Source: Hydrolagus colliei
Lineage: Eukaryota
Direction: 5' to 3'
NCBI GenBank assembly: GCA_035084275.1
Contig: CM068759.1
Span: 1,426,001 to 1,490,000, forward strand
DNA length: 64,000 bases
Below, in pieces: positions 25,005 through 36,312 of this stretch (its first letter is position 1; each line of letters begins with the position of its first letter). A model generated the notes under the pieces. The model ran no database searches and had not been told where the DNA came from. It saw only the letters and a list, made by a program, of their open reading frames with translations. The position numbers and the translations under genes were made by a program.

Positions 25005-26059
25005 CAAATGAAAAGGAATATTAATTTTAATTGAACGGTAGCGTAGACGTCAATGATACAACCAGCCTGATTTAGCACTTTGCAATGATATATGTATATA
25101 ATATATGTACGGTATATTATACATAATAATAATGTAATAATATGATATTATATACAGTATAGATACAGTTTTTTTTTAAAAGAATTGTCTTAAAGTCCTA
25201 TCTTAACAATGGTTTAAATGCTACATAGAGATTTTATATCGAAGGCACTGTACTGGCCAATGCAATCAATGACTGACTATTTCAAGCTAAATATATGATG
25301 TCACTTAATGTGCCTAGAAATGAATTCTCGAGATTTGGTGGATAGATAATAATAATAATAATAATACACTAAACTCCCCTGAAATAAAAAAATAGTTGGG
25401 TCACAAGTAATAAGAATCGAGTTCAGATATATTCAAATGATAAATTCAAACTGCGAAAATCAATCTATTGGACTTTTTTTTAGAAAAAAAACAGTCTCTT
25501 AATTGCAAGCTTACAATTAAAGCAATTCAGGTTAGAATTACATTATGTATGTATATATATATATATATATTATATATCTTATTAATAGATATACTTGAGC
25601 CCCTATGTTATTTTTTTCAAACATTAAAACGTTCAAAATAAGGCTTGCTTTAAAAGGACGACACAGTTATTTAGGTATTTTAATCAAGTACCTTGATTTC
25701 AGTATAGAAAAATTATATTTTAGAGAATTAGTTTAGATGTTGAACAGTTTATTTCAAACCCATATTATATGCACTGGCAAGAATGTGCTTTTATTATTTT
25801 TTAAAAAAAAGAAAAGTGTTTTATTATGCATTTGCTCTTACAAAGGACAACTAACATTCATTACATTTAAGAATAATTCACACGTTCGCTCAACTCACTC
25901 ACCTCACCGCCTAAAATAGATGCTTAAAACATATAATATCTTAACACAATCTAGCTCCTCTAAAGTCCCAGATTCCCAATGTATAGGGCGCAGTGAAGCC
26001 AAAATGTAATGATTGCAACTCGCCATTTTTTTCTCTCCCCTCTTTCTCTCCACGCCCCA

Positions 26060-26259
26060 NNNNNNNNNNNNNNNNNNNNNNNNNNNNNNNNNNNNNNNNN
26101 NNNNNNNNNNNNNNNNNNNNNNNNNNNNNNNNNNNNNNNNNNNNNNNNNNNNNNNNNNNNNNNNNNNNNNNNNNNNNNNNNNNNNNNNNNNNNNNNNNNN
26201 NNNNNNNNNNNNNNNNNNNNNNNNNNNNNNNNNNNNNNNNNNNNNNNNNNNNNNNNNNN
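26060..26259. other. Assembly gap (200 N)
   Basis: Seen directly. Confidence 0.99.
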
Positions 26260-29200
26260 TCCCCTCCCCCACACACACACACACACTTTTTTCTCTCTCT
26301 CTCAGGAATCATCTTAACAAACAAATGACATTTGACAAATATACTGTGGTAATATATTTAAGCAGACACACACACACTACACCAGTGAATGATTTCTCTG
26401 TGGTTTTTGCAATCAAATTTGGATTTACATCTTTTCCCACTCTCTCTCTCTCTCCCCCCCCCCCCACCCCCCCCACCTTCATCCCCCCCCCCCACCCTGT
26501 ACTGTATTTGAGCTCTAGTCCTAAATTGAGGTAGAAAGTGACCCCCAAAAAGTGGTAATTGCCATTGCAAAATGTCTAATAAACCTTCCAAAAGAAATGG
26601 TGATATTTTGTTTTTTTTTGCTGCTGTTGTTTAGATGATAGGGTAGTGATTCACAACTTGGTCTCAAGGTATATCATTCTACAAAGATTTCCAGATACTT
26701 AGGCCCTGGTGTGTGTATGTGTGGGGAGGAGAGGGAAGGGAAGGAGGATGGTGGGAGGTGGAGTGGAGGGGATGGGGGGGGGGGGGGGGGGGGTAACATA
26801 AAAGAAAAAGGCAGAAACAAAAGGATTCATTGTTGAGACAGAACAATTCGAGGCACTGGAGAAAAATGAAAGCCCCCATCTTGTTTTATACAATGCAGAG
26901 TGTTAGTGAGCGATGATTTGAATGAATGGGAATGGGTGGTGGTGGGGTGAGGGGGGGTGGGGTAAAGAAGAAAAAAAAAGCTGGGAAAAGAGGCCCCAGC
27001 TTCAAACCTCTGGGACAAAACAAAATGGTAATAATAATGGGGGGGGGGGGGGGGTTGCAAGCAAACATTCCTCTCTGACAACTAGACACTCCACACACCC
27101 TCACAGCCAAACCACCACAAGCCCAGTGCCAACCACAGATAGCTCCCCCACCACACACACACACACACACACATACACTTTTATCTGACTGCTAAGTTAG
27201 AGATGTGATGGGACCTCACAGCAACAGCAACAAAAACAACAACATAAGAACTTTTTTTTTTGGGGGGGGGGGGGGGGTGGGAAATGTCTATTTTTTTAAT
27301 AGAGATTCAATTTTTTTTTTCTCTCTCTGCCCCCCCCCCCCCCCCCCCACCCTCCCCATCTCCACCCCACCTCAACTCCACTTTTGAGGCAGTCACCAGC
27401 CATGAGTTCTCACGGGAAATGTTTGAAAGAACTTTTTTTTAAATATATATTGTCTGCCTTGCCTTGCCCTGCCTGCCTGCCTTGTGTGTCTTGTCTTATC
27501 TGTCTTGTCAGTTTCAGGTAAGAAAAAAGTTTTCCTGCCTCTGCGACAATCCAAAAGAGAAAGAGAGAGAGAGGGAGGGAGGGAGGGAGAGGTGTATGAG
27601 AGAAAGAATTTTTTAAAATGCTTTTCTTTTCGAAAAAAAATCAGTTATTAATACTTTTGCCACATATTTATTCATACAAAACACGAATTTCAAAGAGAGA
27701 CTAATATTCCCAGATTTCTTCATTTATTTATCTCTCTCTCTCTATATATATATATATTTGTATATAATTGAGTCACTGCAAAAAAATGTTACTGAGCAGA
27801 CGAAGCAATAATAATAATAATAATAATAATAATGAATGCAGATATAATTCACATTGCAACAGGATATACAATTGAAACTTGGAGACATGTTGTTAGGTTT
27901 TTTTTTTGGGGGGGGGGGTTGGTGGGGGAGAGGGGGGGGAAACATTTCACTTCAAGGATTATATAATGTCGGGATAAGCTGATTGTGTGATGCGAAGCAG
28001 TTTCATAATTCTTAACATGCTTTCCTGGCAATCTATTTGCTGTACTGTGGGTGGTGAAAGGGAGTTGATGAATTGTCTTGTGTAGAGTTTAGGAATTCAG
28101 CTGTGTCTTTCATAGTAATATGCTTTCAGCTGTTAAAGGTAAGATTTTCAGAGGCAATTTATTGGTGAAAGAGTGAAAAGAGTTGAGTGGGGAGGGGGAA
28201 TGTGTGTGTGTGGGGGGGGGGGGGGAGCCACTGTTTCATAAAAAAGTTGTCTGATAGTGTGACTCACCCACTGATCTTGTCATAATCCACTAAGAACTAA
28301 AGTGAAAAAAAATCTCTAGGGTGGAAAAAAATCAAACGACTGGGATTATTAATAGTTTTATAGTCTTGTCTTGGCGATAACTTCAGACCTAGGGGATAAA
28401 TTAATTGGATATGAATTATTGGGTTGGATTGAGATTTGTTTTCATTGGGGGGGGGGGGGTTAAACTTTGATTTTACATCAATCAATCAATCAAAGGCAAA
28501 AAAATATATATTGAATGCACCCAATTTGGCAAAAGCCTTTCAATTGACTGAATAGGATATTTGGGAAAGCAAAATGTGGGAACTTTTTGAATAATTATAT
28601 TGCAAAGAATATTTGTTATTTGTGTGTTTATCATTGTTACACACACACACTACATACACACACACACACAAGTTAATTTAGGAAACAGTGGAGGGAAGGT
28701 AAACAGTGTACTTCACATCTTATTGATCATTGGTACCAACCGAGGCTCTGTGCTCAGTAAACACATTTACTTTTAGCCAACCAGAGAACATGCATTGATT
28801 CCCTGATTTGTACCAGCAATTTGTCTCCACAGCTCAACAAGGAAACCCATCCATGTAAACCATTGCAATGGCAAGTCTCTGAACAACATCTCTCTTTCTC
28901 TCTCCCCACCCTCTTTCACTCTCACTCTCTGTGTGTGTGTGTATGTAAACCACAGCTGTGTCGCAAATCTTTTCAATCACTTGATCAGTCGAATAGACTT
29001 GGCGACTAATGTCACATAATGTTTAGGCTTAGTTCAGGTTTGGTAGGAATTTGGCATATACATTTACTATATTATATATATAGTATGTATATATAGTATG
29101 TATGTATATATTATTGGCTATATAATATATATATATGTTCAGAGCAATTCATATCAGTCAAAATTCAACTGAAATGAAAATACCAGCCAGGAATTACAAG

Positions 29201-29969
29201 GGGAATGATTCTTTTCTATGTGATTGGATGGTTTGGAGTTATTATTCAGACTGAAGAGGGGATGCCAGGACAAAGGGCACAGAGAGACATGTTTTGTTTT
29301 TGTGTGTGGTGGGGGTGGGGTGGGTTGCAAAGGTGAAAATTGTAATATATTTTTAAGTTGTACTTAAACACAATTTTTTTTTAACGGGGCTCTTCGGAAA
29401 TATAAATGTCATTAAATCTCCATTTGATGATTTACCCCAAGGAAACTTTCATACATATTATATATACCGTATATCTTTTTTTGGCCACCCTATCTATACA
29501 CCAGAGATGTTGAACGCATGGGGTTAATGGCCAAACCATTGCCTAATTCAGACACAATTTCTTCTTCTTGTTTTATTCCACCAGGAAAATCTTTGGCAAT
29601 TAAGATTGATCAATGTCACTTGGGCTCCAGTAAAATATATTGTGTGTGTGGGGGGGCAAAACTGTATGGGGTGGGGTAGGCACGATTATTTTAGTGGTCA
29701 GTCACATTTAGCTCTAACACATATGTGACCATGGATTACTGCTATAAAGAATACCCTTAGTTAACCACAAAGCCCATTTATATACTGTTTTTCATCCCCC
29801 CCACCCCCCCCCCCCCCTCCCATCTATGCAAATGGCCTTCATGTACATTTTTCTCCGAGGTTTCTGATCAGATAAGGATACTGTACTGTAATAATTGCAA
29901 TGTGCCAAATGCTTTTAAAATATGCCTCACTTTGAACTTTGGCCTCACTGTTTGCCATTTGCTTTTCAG

Positions 29970-30046
29970 GTCAAACGTTGATCCCAAATAGACACTCCAG
30001 TGAGTATAAAAATGGAGTCAGTAAAAACACACACACACAAAAAAAG
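29970..30046 (+). ncRNA. Candidate internal exon of a divergent non-coding transcript
   Basis: Branch-like CTCAC plus TTTGCCATTTGCTTTTCAG acceptor, perfect AAG|GTGAGT donor, then a 98-nt intron ending TTTTCCCCTTTTCAG (30144). Confidence 0.4.
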
Positions 30047-31490
30047 GTGAGTTTTTAAAAATATATATTTTACCTTGAATGGATGCAATCGTGCAAAAGG
30101 TCAAACAGAGACCCTACACAATTACATCATTTTCCCCTTTTCAGAGGAAGTTAGGATTAAGAAATGAAATGTGTTGGGTTTATTTGAATAATATGAACCA
30201 CTGAAGATTGGTTTGCAAGAGGTTAATATAATATGATGAAACGGGATGCACTAGCTTCTAAAGTAATTCAAAATCACTGATGTCCAATCTTTGATTGGAA
30301 CCTGTTGTTCTATAATACACTTTCTTTTGCTCTTTTCAATGATATGATATATTCGGTATTTTGTTGTCAATAATGCGATGGGGACAAAAAAAACAATACA
30401 ATATACAGTATAAAATCTTATTTGCTGAATTTCCAATACTGTATCCCAGTCTCCTGAAACAAATTGAGCATTTTTAGGCAAGTCAGTGACTGAATGGTGG
30501 TGCATTCTCACAAATATATCAATTGGAGAGAGAAAAAACACACAAAAGCAAAAGCAAATGTTTTTTTTAATAGCTAATAATGTACAAAAGATCTGCTAAT
30601 TTATGTTAATTTAGAATAACTGCAGCAGGTAGAATCCCCCGCTGTTTTCCTACTTCACACTGCATTACCTCTTGTGTCTATAAATACCAGGTTGCTGTAC
30701 TATATTTCACCATTAACCTTTCTAGACACGAATCAACCATAGCACATCATTCTTGCTATGATCTTTGAACTCTCAAAGCAAGACTCGAGACCCTGTGGTA
30801 CCGATTTGCCATGTATGAGTACAAATGCAAGGATTATTATTATTATTATTATTATTAAATGTTTCATGCGTGGCTTTAACAGTTGAACAGGATTTAGCAA
30901 ACAGTGGGGAAGAGCTGAAGAACAAGACAAGCCTTATTGCATTTATATTAGCTGTCTGTTGCAATTGGCCAAAAGGTTAGTTTGATTAAAAAAAACTAAC
31001 CCCATTTTATCTAAAAAGTGCTTCATGTGTCTTCGATTATGGTAAGTGCCAAAAATAGCACAATTCATTAAGTGATAATAAGGAAACAGTGATAAATAAT
31101 GTATTCCTGCCGCTAACCCCCCCCCCACTTCCACAAGTCTACAGAAAATATCTTTCATTTATAGCAATTATGGTACAATTTACAGAAGATTCCTGGAAAT
31201 GGCTACTTTTCAGTAACTTTTAGAATCGATTTATGTTTTATCGCCTTGTGAAGCAAACATACCCTTATATATTACAACAAGAATGTATTGAAATCATCCA
31301 ATCCAAATAGAAGTGTCATAATGTGTGAAGATTACATTTTGAAACATGGATCTTCACGGTTATACAGTGAATAGGTTGCAGTTAAGCAAATATTTCACCA
31401 AGAAATAAGATCATGTGGGATAGTACTAGACATTGAGACAAATACGTTTACATTTATTAAATAATGAAAGAAATCATGGGATGGAGGCAT

Positions 31491-31804
31491 AGTCTTGTAG
31501 CCGAGGGGTTAGAGCACTCGCCTTACAAGCGAGAGACCTGGGTTCAATTACAGGCAGGTCAAGGCGAAAGCTTGGGCAAGTTTCCTTACTCCACACGTCT
31601 GATAATAATCCCTCAAAGAAAACAACAATAAATTGGTCAGTTCAATCCACGACAGTGGGGATGCTGCCGTGTGCAATTGCCTCCTGCATTTCGCCCACAT
31701 ATATGCAATCAATTCATTTTACAGTATATTCTGTGAAACGCTTTGAGATGTACTGTGCAGAAGATGTGAAAAGCGCTATATCATATGCAAGGATTATTAT
31801 TATT
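31491..31804 (+). mobile_element. Full-length tRNA-derived SINE
   Basis: GGTTAGAGCACTCGCCTTACAAGCG head through ATGCAAGGATTATTATT tail. Confidence 0.92.
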
Positions 31805-33907
31805 CAAAGGAATTATTAACAACAATAGCTCGCATTTATATGAGTGCAATCCAGTAATGCTTCGCTCCCCTTAAGACCTGCGTTTTGAAAAAAGGGATGA
31901 TTTATTACTGTCTGTATCAAATTTGGGAAAATATCAGAGATGAGGGAAACATAACAACAACTCAACCTTTGCTTGTTTACTGTGATTTGCTTTAGTATTT
32001 TCCAGGATTTTTGGCTGAGTTTCACATATTTAGCTTTTGGGAATAGTTTAGGACACTGAGATGAGAATGCATGCACTTGTACAAACATCAATATGGGTAA
32101 TTTTTTAATTTGAGTACAATATAAGAGACTTAATTGAGCAAATATAAGATGCCAAGTTAGATAATTAATCTAATATATTTAGTACAGATGCTTTGAAATA
32201 TTGCTTCCCATAAACAGCACTATGTCAATGCAGTTCTACTTTTGTTTTCATCTCTCTAAACTATTTTACAGGTTACAGAAACATTTATGTGCGAAAATCC
32301 CCAAAGAAAAATCATGTCTTAAGAGCAGATAACTTTGTATTTATTGAAAGTATTTATTCGGAATTTGCCAAAACAAAATCTAATTTATATTAGAGATAAG
32401 CTAACAAAATGGTCTGTCTACAAAGGGCACACGAGCAATAATGTTATCAAGAGTGACTTTATCTCCTCTCCTTTATCGAAAAACCTCAGTTCAAATGGCT
32501 GGCTCTTTAAGTAAAGTACTTTAGCAAATAAAATGCTACGTGAAAATAGAACAAAGGACGACACAAACACAGCCGAATATAAACTAGTTAAGAGGTACAA
32601 ATCCGAGTTTGGAGGAGAGATGGATAGCTTAAGAAGTTGATGTGCTGCCCACGAAAACCAATCTGAAAATCAATAAACTAGGTTAGTAAATGCTCTCCTT
32701 TTGGGGCAACTTCAAACCTACCTACTACTGTACGTTGGTCGGCCTTTGCATTGTTTAGTCTTCGACCCATTCTATTTAAGAAAAGAGAATTACAAAGATA
32801 AGCTTTAAACTAACGATTAATATTTTATCTTTCTATTTTCATTTCCTCTAATTCCCCTTGATACACAACAACTGTTACACATTGCTTTAGAAAACATCAT
32901 CGCCATTCGTACGTCAGAAAACAATTCTGATATTACGAGGTACACAATTTCCAGATGTGTGCCAGAAGTAAATTTTATTTACATGCGTGAACTGTGATGG
33001 CAGAAAGTTTTAAAGATCGCGACTATATATTCACTGCTAAATAATATCTCCTACTGCGTTCGTTCGTGATACAAGCGGGTGGATGAAAACAGAGTGCTGC
33101 CCAATATCGCTGCCAAAATATGCTTGAGCATGTGTTTTATCTAAGAATAGGGAGAAACAGGTCATATGGAAGTGCACATTGGAATTATTTTTATTCAGAT
33201 AAAGTACAAATGTTGTTTGCCTGAACAGGTATAGCAATAAGTTCCGTTGGATCTATCCACATGGCAGAGTATTTATATAAATTACTGAAACTTTTGCTGT
33301 GCAGTACCATGAACTTTTCCAAGGTTTCTAAGTTTTTTTTCTAAAAAATGTGAAAGTGTGACCTTCGATAAGCGGAATAACTATTTTAATGCATAATGAC
33401 TGTTTGTAATTGTTTATTTGTTTTACAGAGTAGTGTAACCGTTTGATAATTTGAAGGAATTTTAACCTTCGTTCTTTCCTTTATGCTACCAAAGCATTCG
33501 GTGTCACATGTGCCACTGTCTGTGGTTGCTTCAAAGGCAGCATAAAAAAAAGTGTTTGAATGGTTGACCTTTTATTGTGTGTACAGTACACAATTATGAA
33601 TTATAGATAGATAATTAAAAATGTGTTATACCACTCATGTGATAAACACTAGGGGTATGAAAGGTAACGGGAGCTGCTTATGCATTGCCCTGAGGCAAAA
33701 GAGTGTCTGAAACAGCCTGATACCATTACCATAGCAATCACAATTAAATCCCAGCTCTACCTCCCACCTCTCCTACAAGACCTTCCAATACATAAACAAT
33801 AACACCATCTCACATTCGAGATGAAGCCATTTTTTGTACAAATGAATAATATTTTTTTTTAAACTCAATTGCTTTGTGTATATACATATACTGTATATAC
33901 AGTATAT

Positions 33908-34365
33908 ATACAGTCATTGCATTTTATGTTATATCCAGTGAAGCGCTTTGGGACATTCACCCAACATGAAGGGCGCTATTCCACATGTAAGGATTAATAT
34001 TATACTTTAGCTTTAACATTGCATCGTCAATAGTGTACCAAACACATACCCCTCCTCATCTTTGATGTATTTATATATTAAAAGGTTATCATGCCACTTA
34101 GTTGTGGTCCAACCGTGTTAAAGTGCTTATTTGAGCAAATTAGCAATACCGTATATACTTTTATCATGAATACAATTTGCAAAATTTATACATTTATCTC
34201 TTATAAACATTCATGTAAATACAGTGTATTCTGTAAAGCGCTTAGTAGACGTGAAAAGTGCTGTGTCAAAGGCAAAGATTATTATTGTTATTGAGTGTAG
34301 CGCTCTGGCGCTACTGTGAAGTACTCCCAACGTGAAGGGTGCTGTATAAACGTAAGTTGTTGTTT
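33908..34365 (+). mobile_element. Cluster of SINE tails (33908-34003, 34219-34292) and an L2 tail (34298-34365)
   Basis: AAGCGCTTT..GTGAAAAG.GCT motifs and CCCAACGTGAAGGGTGCTGTATAAACGTAAGTTGTTG. Confidence 0.65.
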
Positions 34366-34784
34366 TTGATAGATTTCACAAAAAAGAGTTGGAGTCTATG
34401 GGTGGACGATAATCAGCACTGATCAGGTGGCTGATTGAGCTCAACAACTTCATTCTTGTATCAATATAAAGTCCCAGTGTAGCTCTGGAATGTGGGAAAA
34501 TAGGATGACTGCTGGAGAGAGAGCTAAAGTTGTAAAAAAAAAAGCTGGTTCTCAACATCAGGCGCTGATGTGTGATGTACTTTGGACTTAGTCACAGGAT
34601 CTCAACCACATAGAGGAGCTATCATATGAGGTTGGTCAATGGTTGATTTATATGGAGGTTATGAAGAAATGGTTATGAAGGAGGTAAGCTGAAGTGTGTA
34701 CTGAGAATTTACCTAATGATTCTGTGTGGATGGGCTGAAGAGTGTTAAGTGTGTGTGAGTCGGACTTTAAGTGACCAGTATCTC

Positions 34785-34940
34785 AACTGTTTTGGGGGAT
34801 GTTGCTGTGCGCAATTGGCTGCCTGCATTTTCCCCACAAATATACAGTAGATACACTTTACAGTATACTCTGTGAAGAGCTTTGAGACGTCTAGAAGATG
34901 TGAAAAGCGCTATATCGAATGCATTATTTGGATTGTTATT
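34785..34940 (+). mobile_element. SINE 3' half
   Basis: GCTGTGCGCAATTGGCTGCC...GTGAAAAGCGCTATATC. Confidence 0.88.
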
Positions 34941-36011
34941 ATCTCAATATCCCTACGTGATCTCTGAAGATAAGGAATTGTTGACAATTTCCTCCCTTGA
35001 TTAGCATAGTCTTTTACAAACCTCACAGCAGATTGCGATTGAAAATAAAATAGTCGTTGTACTGTAGTTGTGGCAAAGTAATAGTAAACCACTCACAAGT
35101 GTTATCAGTAGCTGTAAGGCCTCTGTGATGTAACGCTGTAGATGTGAAGTGTCTACCTAGCATCTAGCACAGGTGACTAGGCTTAGCGATGGTAGCCCAC
35201 AACCTTAATTTATGTAGGAAATTAGGCTAATTTCGCGGAATATAAATGGCATTTTTAATTATGCACCAATTTTTAATCAGCACTAATCTAACTGTTTATT
35301 TTTCTCAGCGGGCCAAATTGTCGTATAATTGTCAGAGCCACAGCCGAAACAGATGAGAGATTACTCGCTGAAACAAAAAAAAAGACCCTGGGATAAACTT
35401 GCTTTCGCCGACAAAATTCTCAAATGTTTGACTTGATGGAACAGATTTCTCTCTGTGTAGCTCCTGCCTCTTCAATTAGGCTTCGCTCCCTGTCTGTCTT
35501 TAGTTCTTGTTGCCATCGCCCCTGCATCCACCCAATCTCTCCTTCCAATAACATGGTACCTGCTGTGTTGTGATTTCTTTAAAATGTCCACTTCACACCA
35601 AAACACTACAGGGACACACTAAATATTGTGTTGGCAGATAACATAAAAAATACACAGCTTTGCTCTTTAAAATGTGACCTGAAAAATAGTGCAATAAAGG
35701 AAGTATTGAAAAGTACAGTATTGAAAAGTACGAAACTCGACCGTCTCTTTAAATTGGAATATTGATCTGTTTGGCCAAGTCTGGGATGAAATTAACAGGT
35801 TTCACTCCTATGGATTTTTAACCATGAAATGTGAAATTAAATGGTTATAGAGATTCCCTTTTCGATTTTAATAGCAGCTGGGATAAAATGTTTGAAAGAT
35901 TGAATGACGTATCTTAAACTCAGACTATTCCAAGTGCCCAATTCAAAACTTCCAAGTGATATTATGTTCTAATACTATGATCTACCATCTTATTGCAACG
36001 TGGAATATAAT

Positions 36012-36312
36012 CAATAATAATCCTTGCATTTGATGTTGCGCTTTTCACAGCTTCTAGATGTCTCAAAGCGCTTCATAGAATATACTGTAAAGTGAATTGA
36101 CACATATATTTGTGGGCGAAACACAGCAGTCATTTGGATACAACAGTGTCCCACAAACAGTCGTGGATTGAAATGACCAATTTTTTTTTTGGAAGCATTA
36201 TTATTAAGCGTGTAGAGTAAGGAAACTTGCCCAAGGTTTCGCCCTGACCTGCCTGGATTCGAACACAAGTTTCACGCTTGTAAGGCAAGGGCTCTAACCA
36301 TTGGGCTCCACA
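36012..36312 (-). mobile_element. Full-length tRNA-derived SINE
   Basis: Family consensus with B box. Confidence 0.92.

Larger units (their letters stand above)
19990..29820. repeat. Dense simple-repeat domain: poly-C/poly-G, (CA)n, (CT)n, (TA)n
   Basis: Dozens of homopolymers and microsatellites flank the miR-124 gene and promoter. They generate the Pro/Gly/His-Thr-rich spurious ORFs. Confidence 0.9.

Noticed and set aside
19917-28031. Many 60-173 aa ORFs rich in Pro, Gly, His-Thr or Arg-Glu
   Set aside because: They are translations of homopolymers, microsatellites and N gaps, with no domain-like content.
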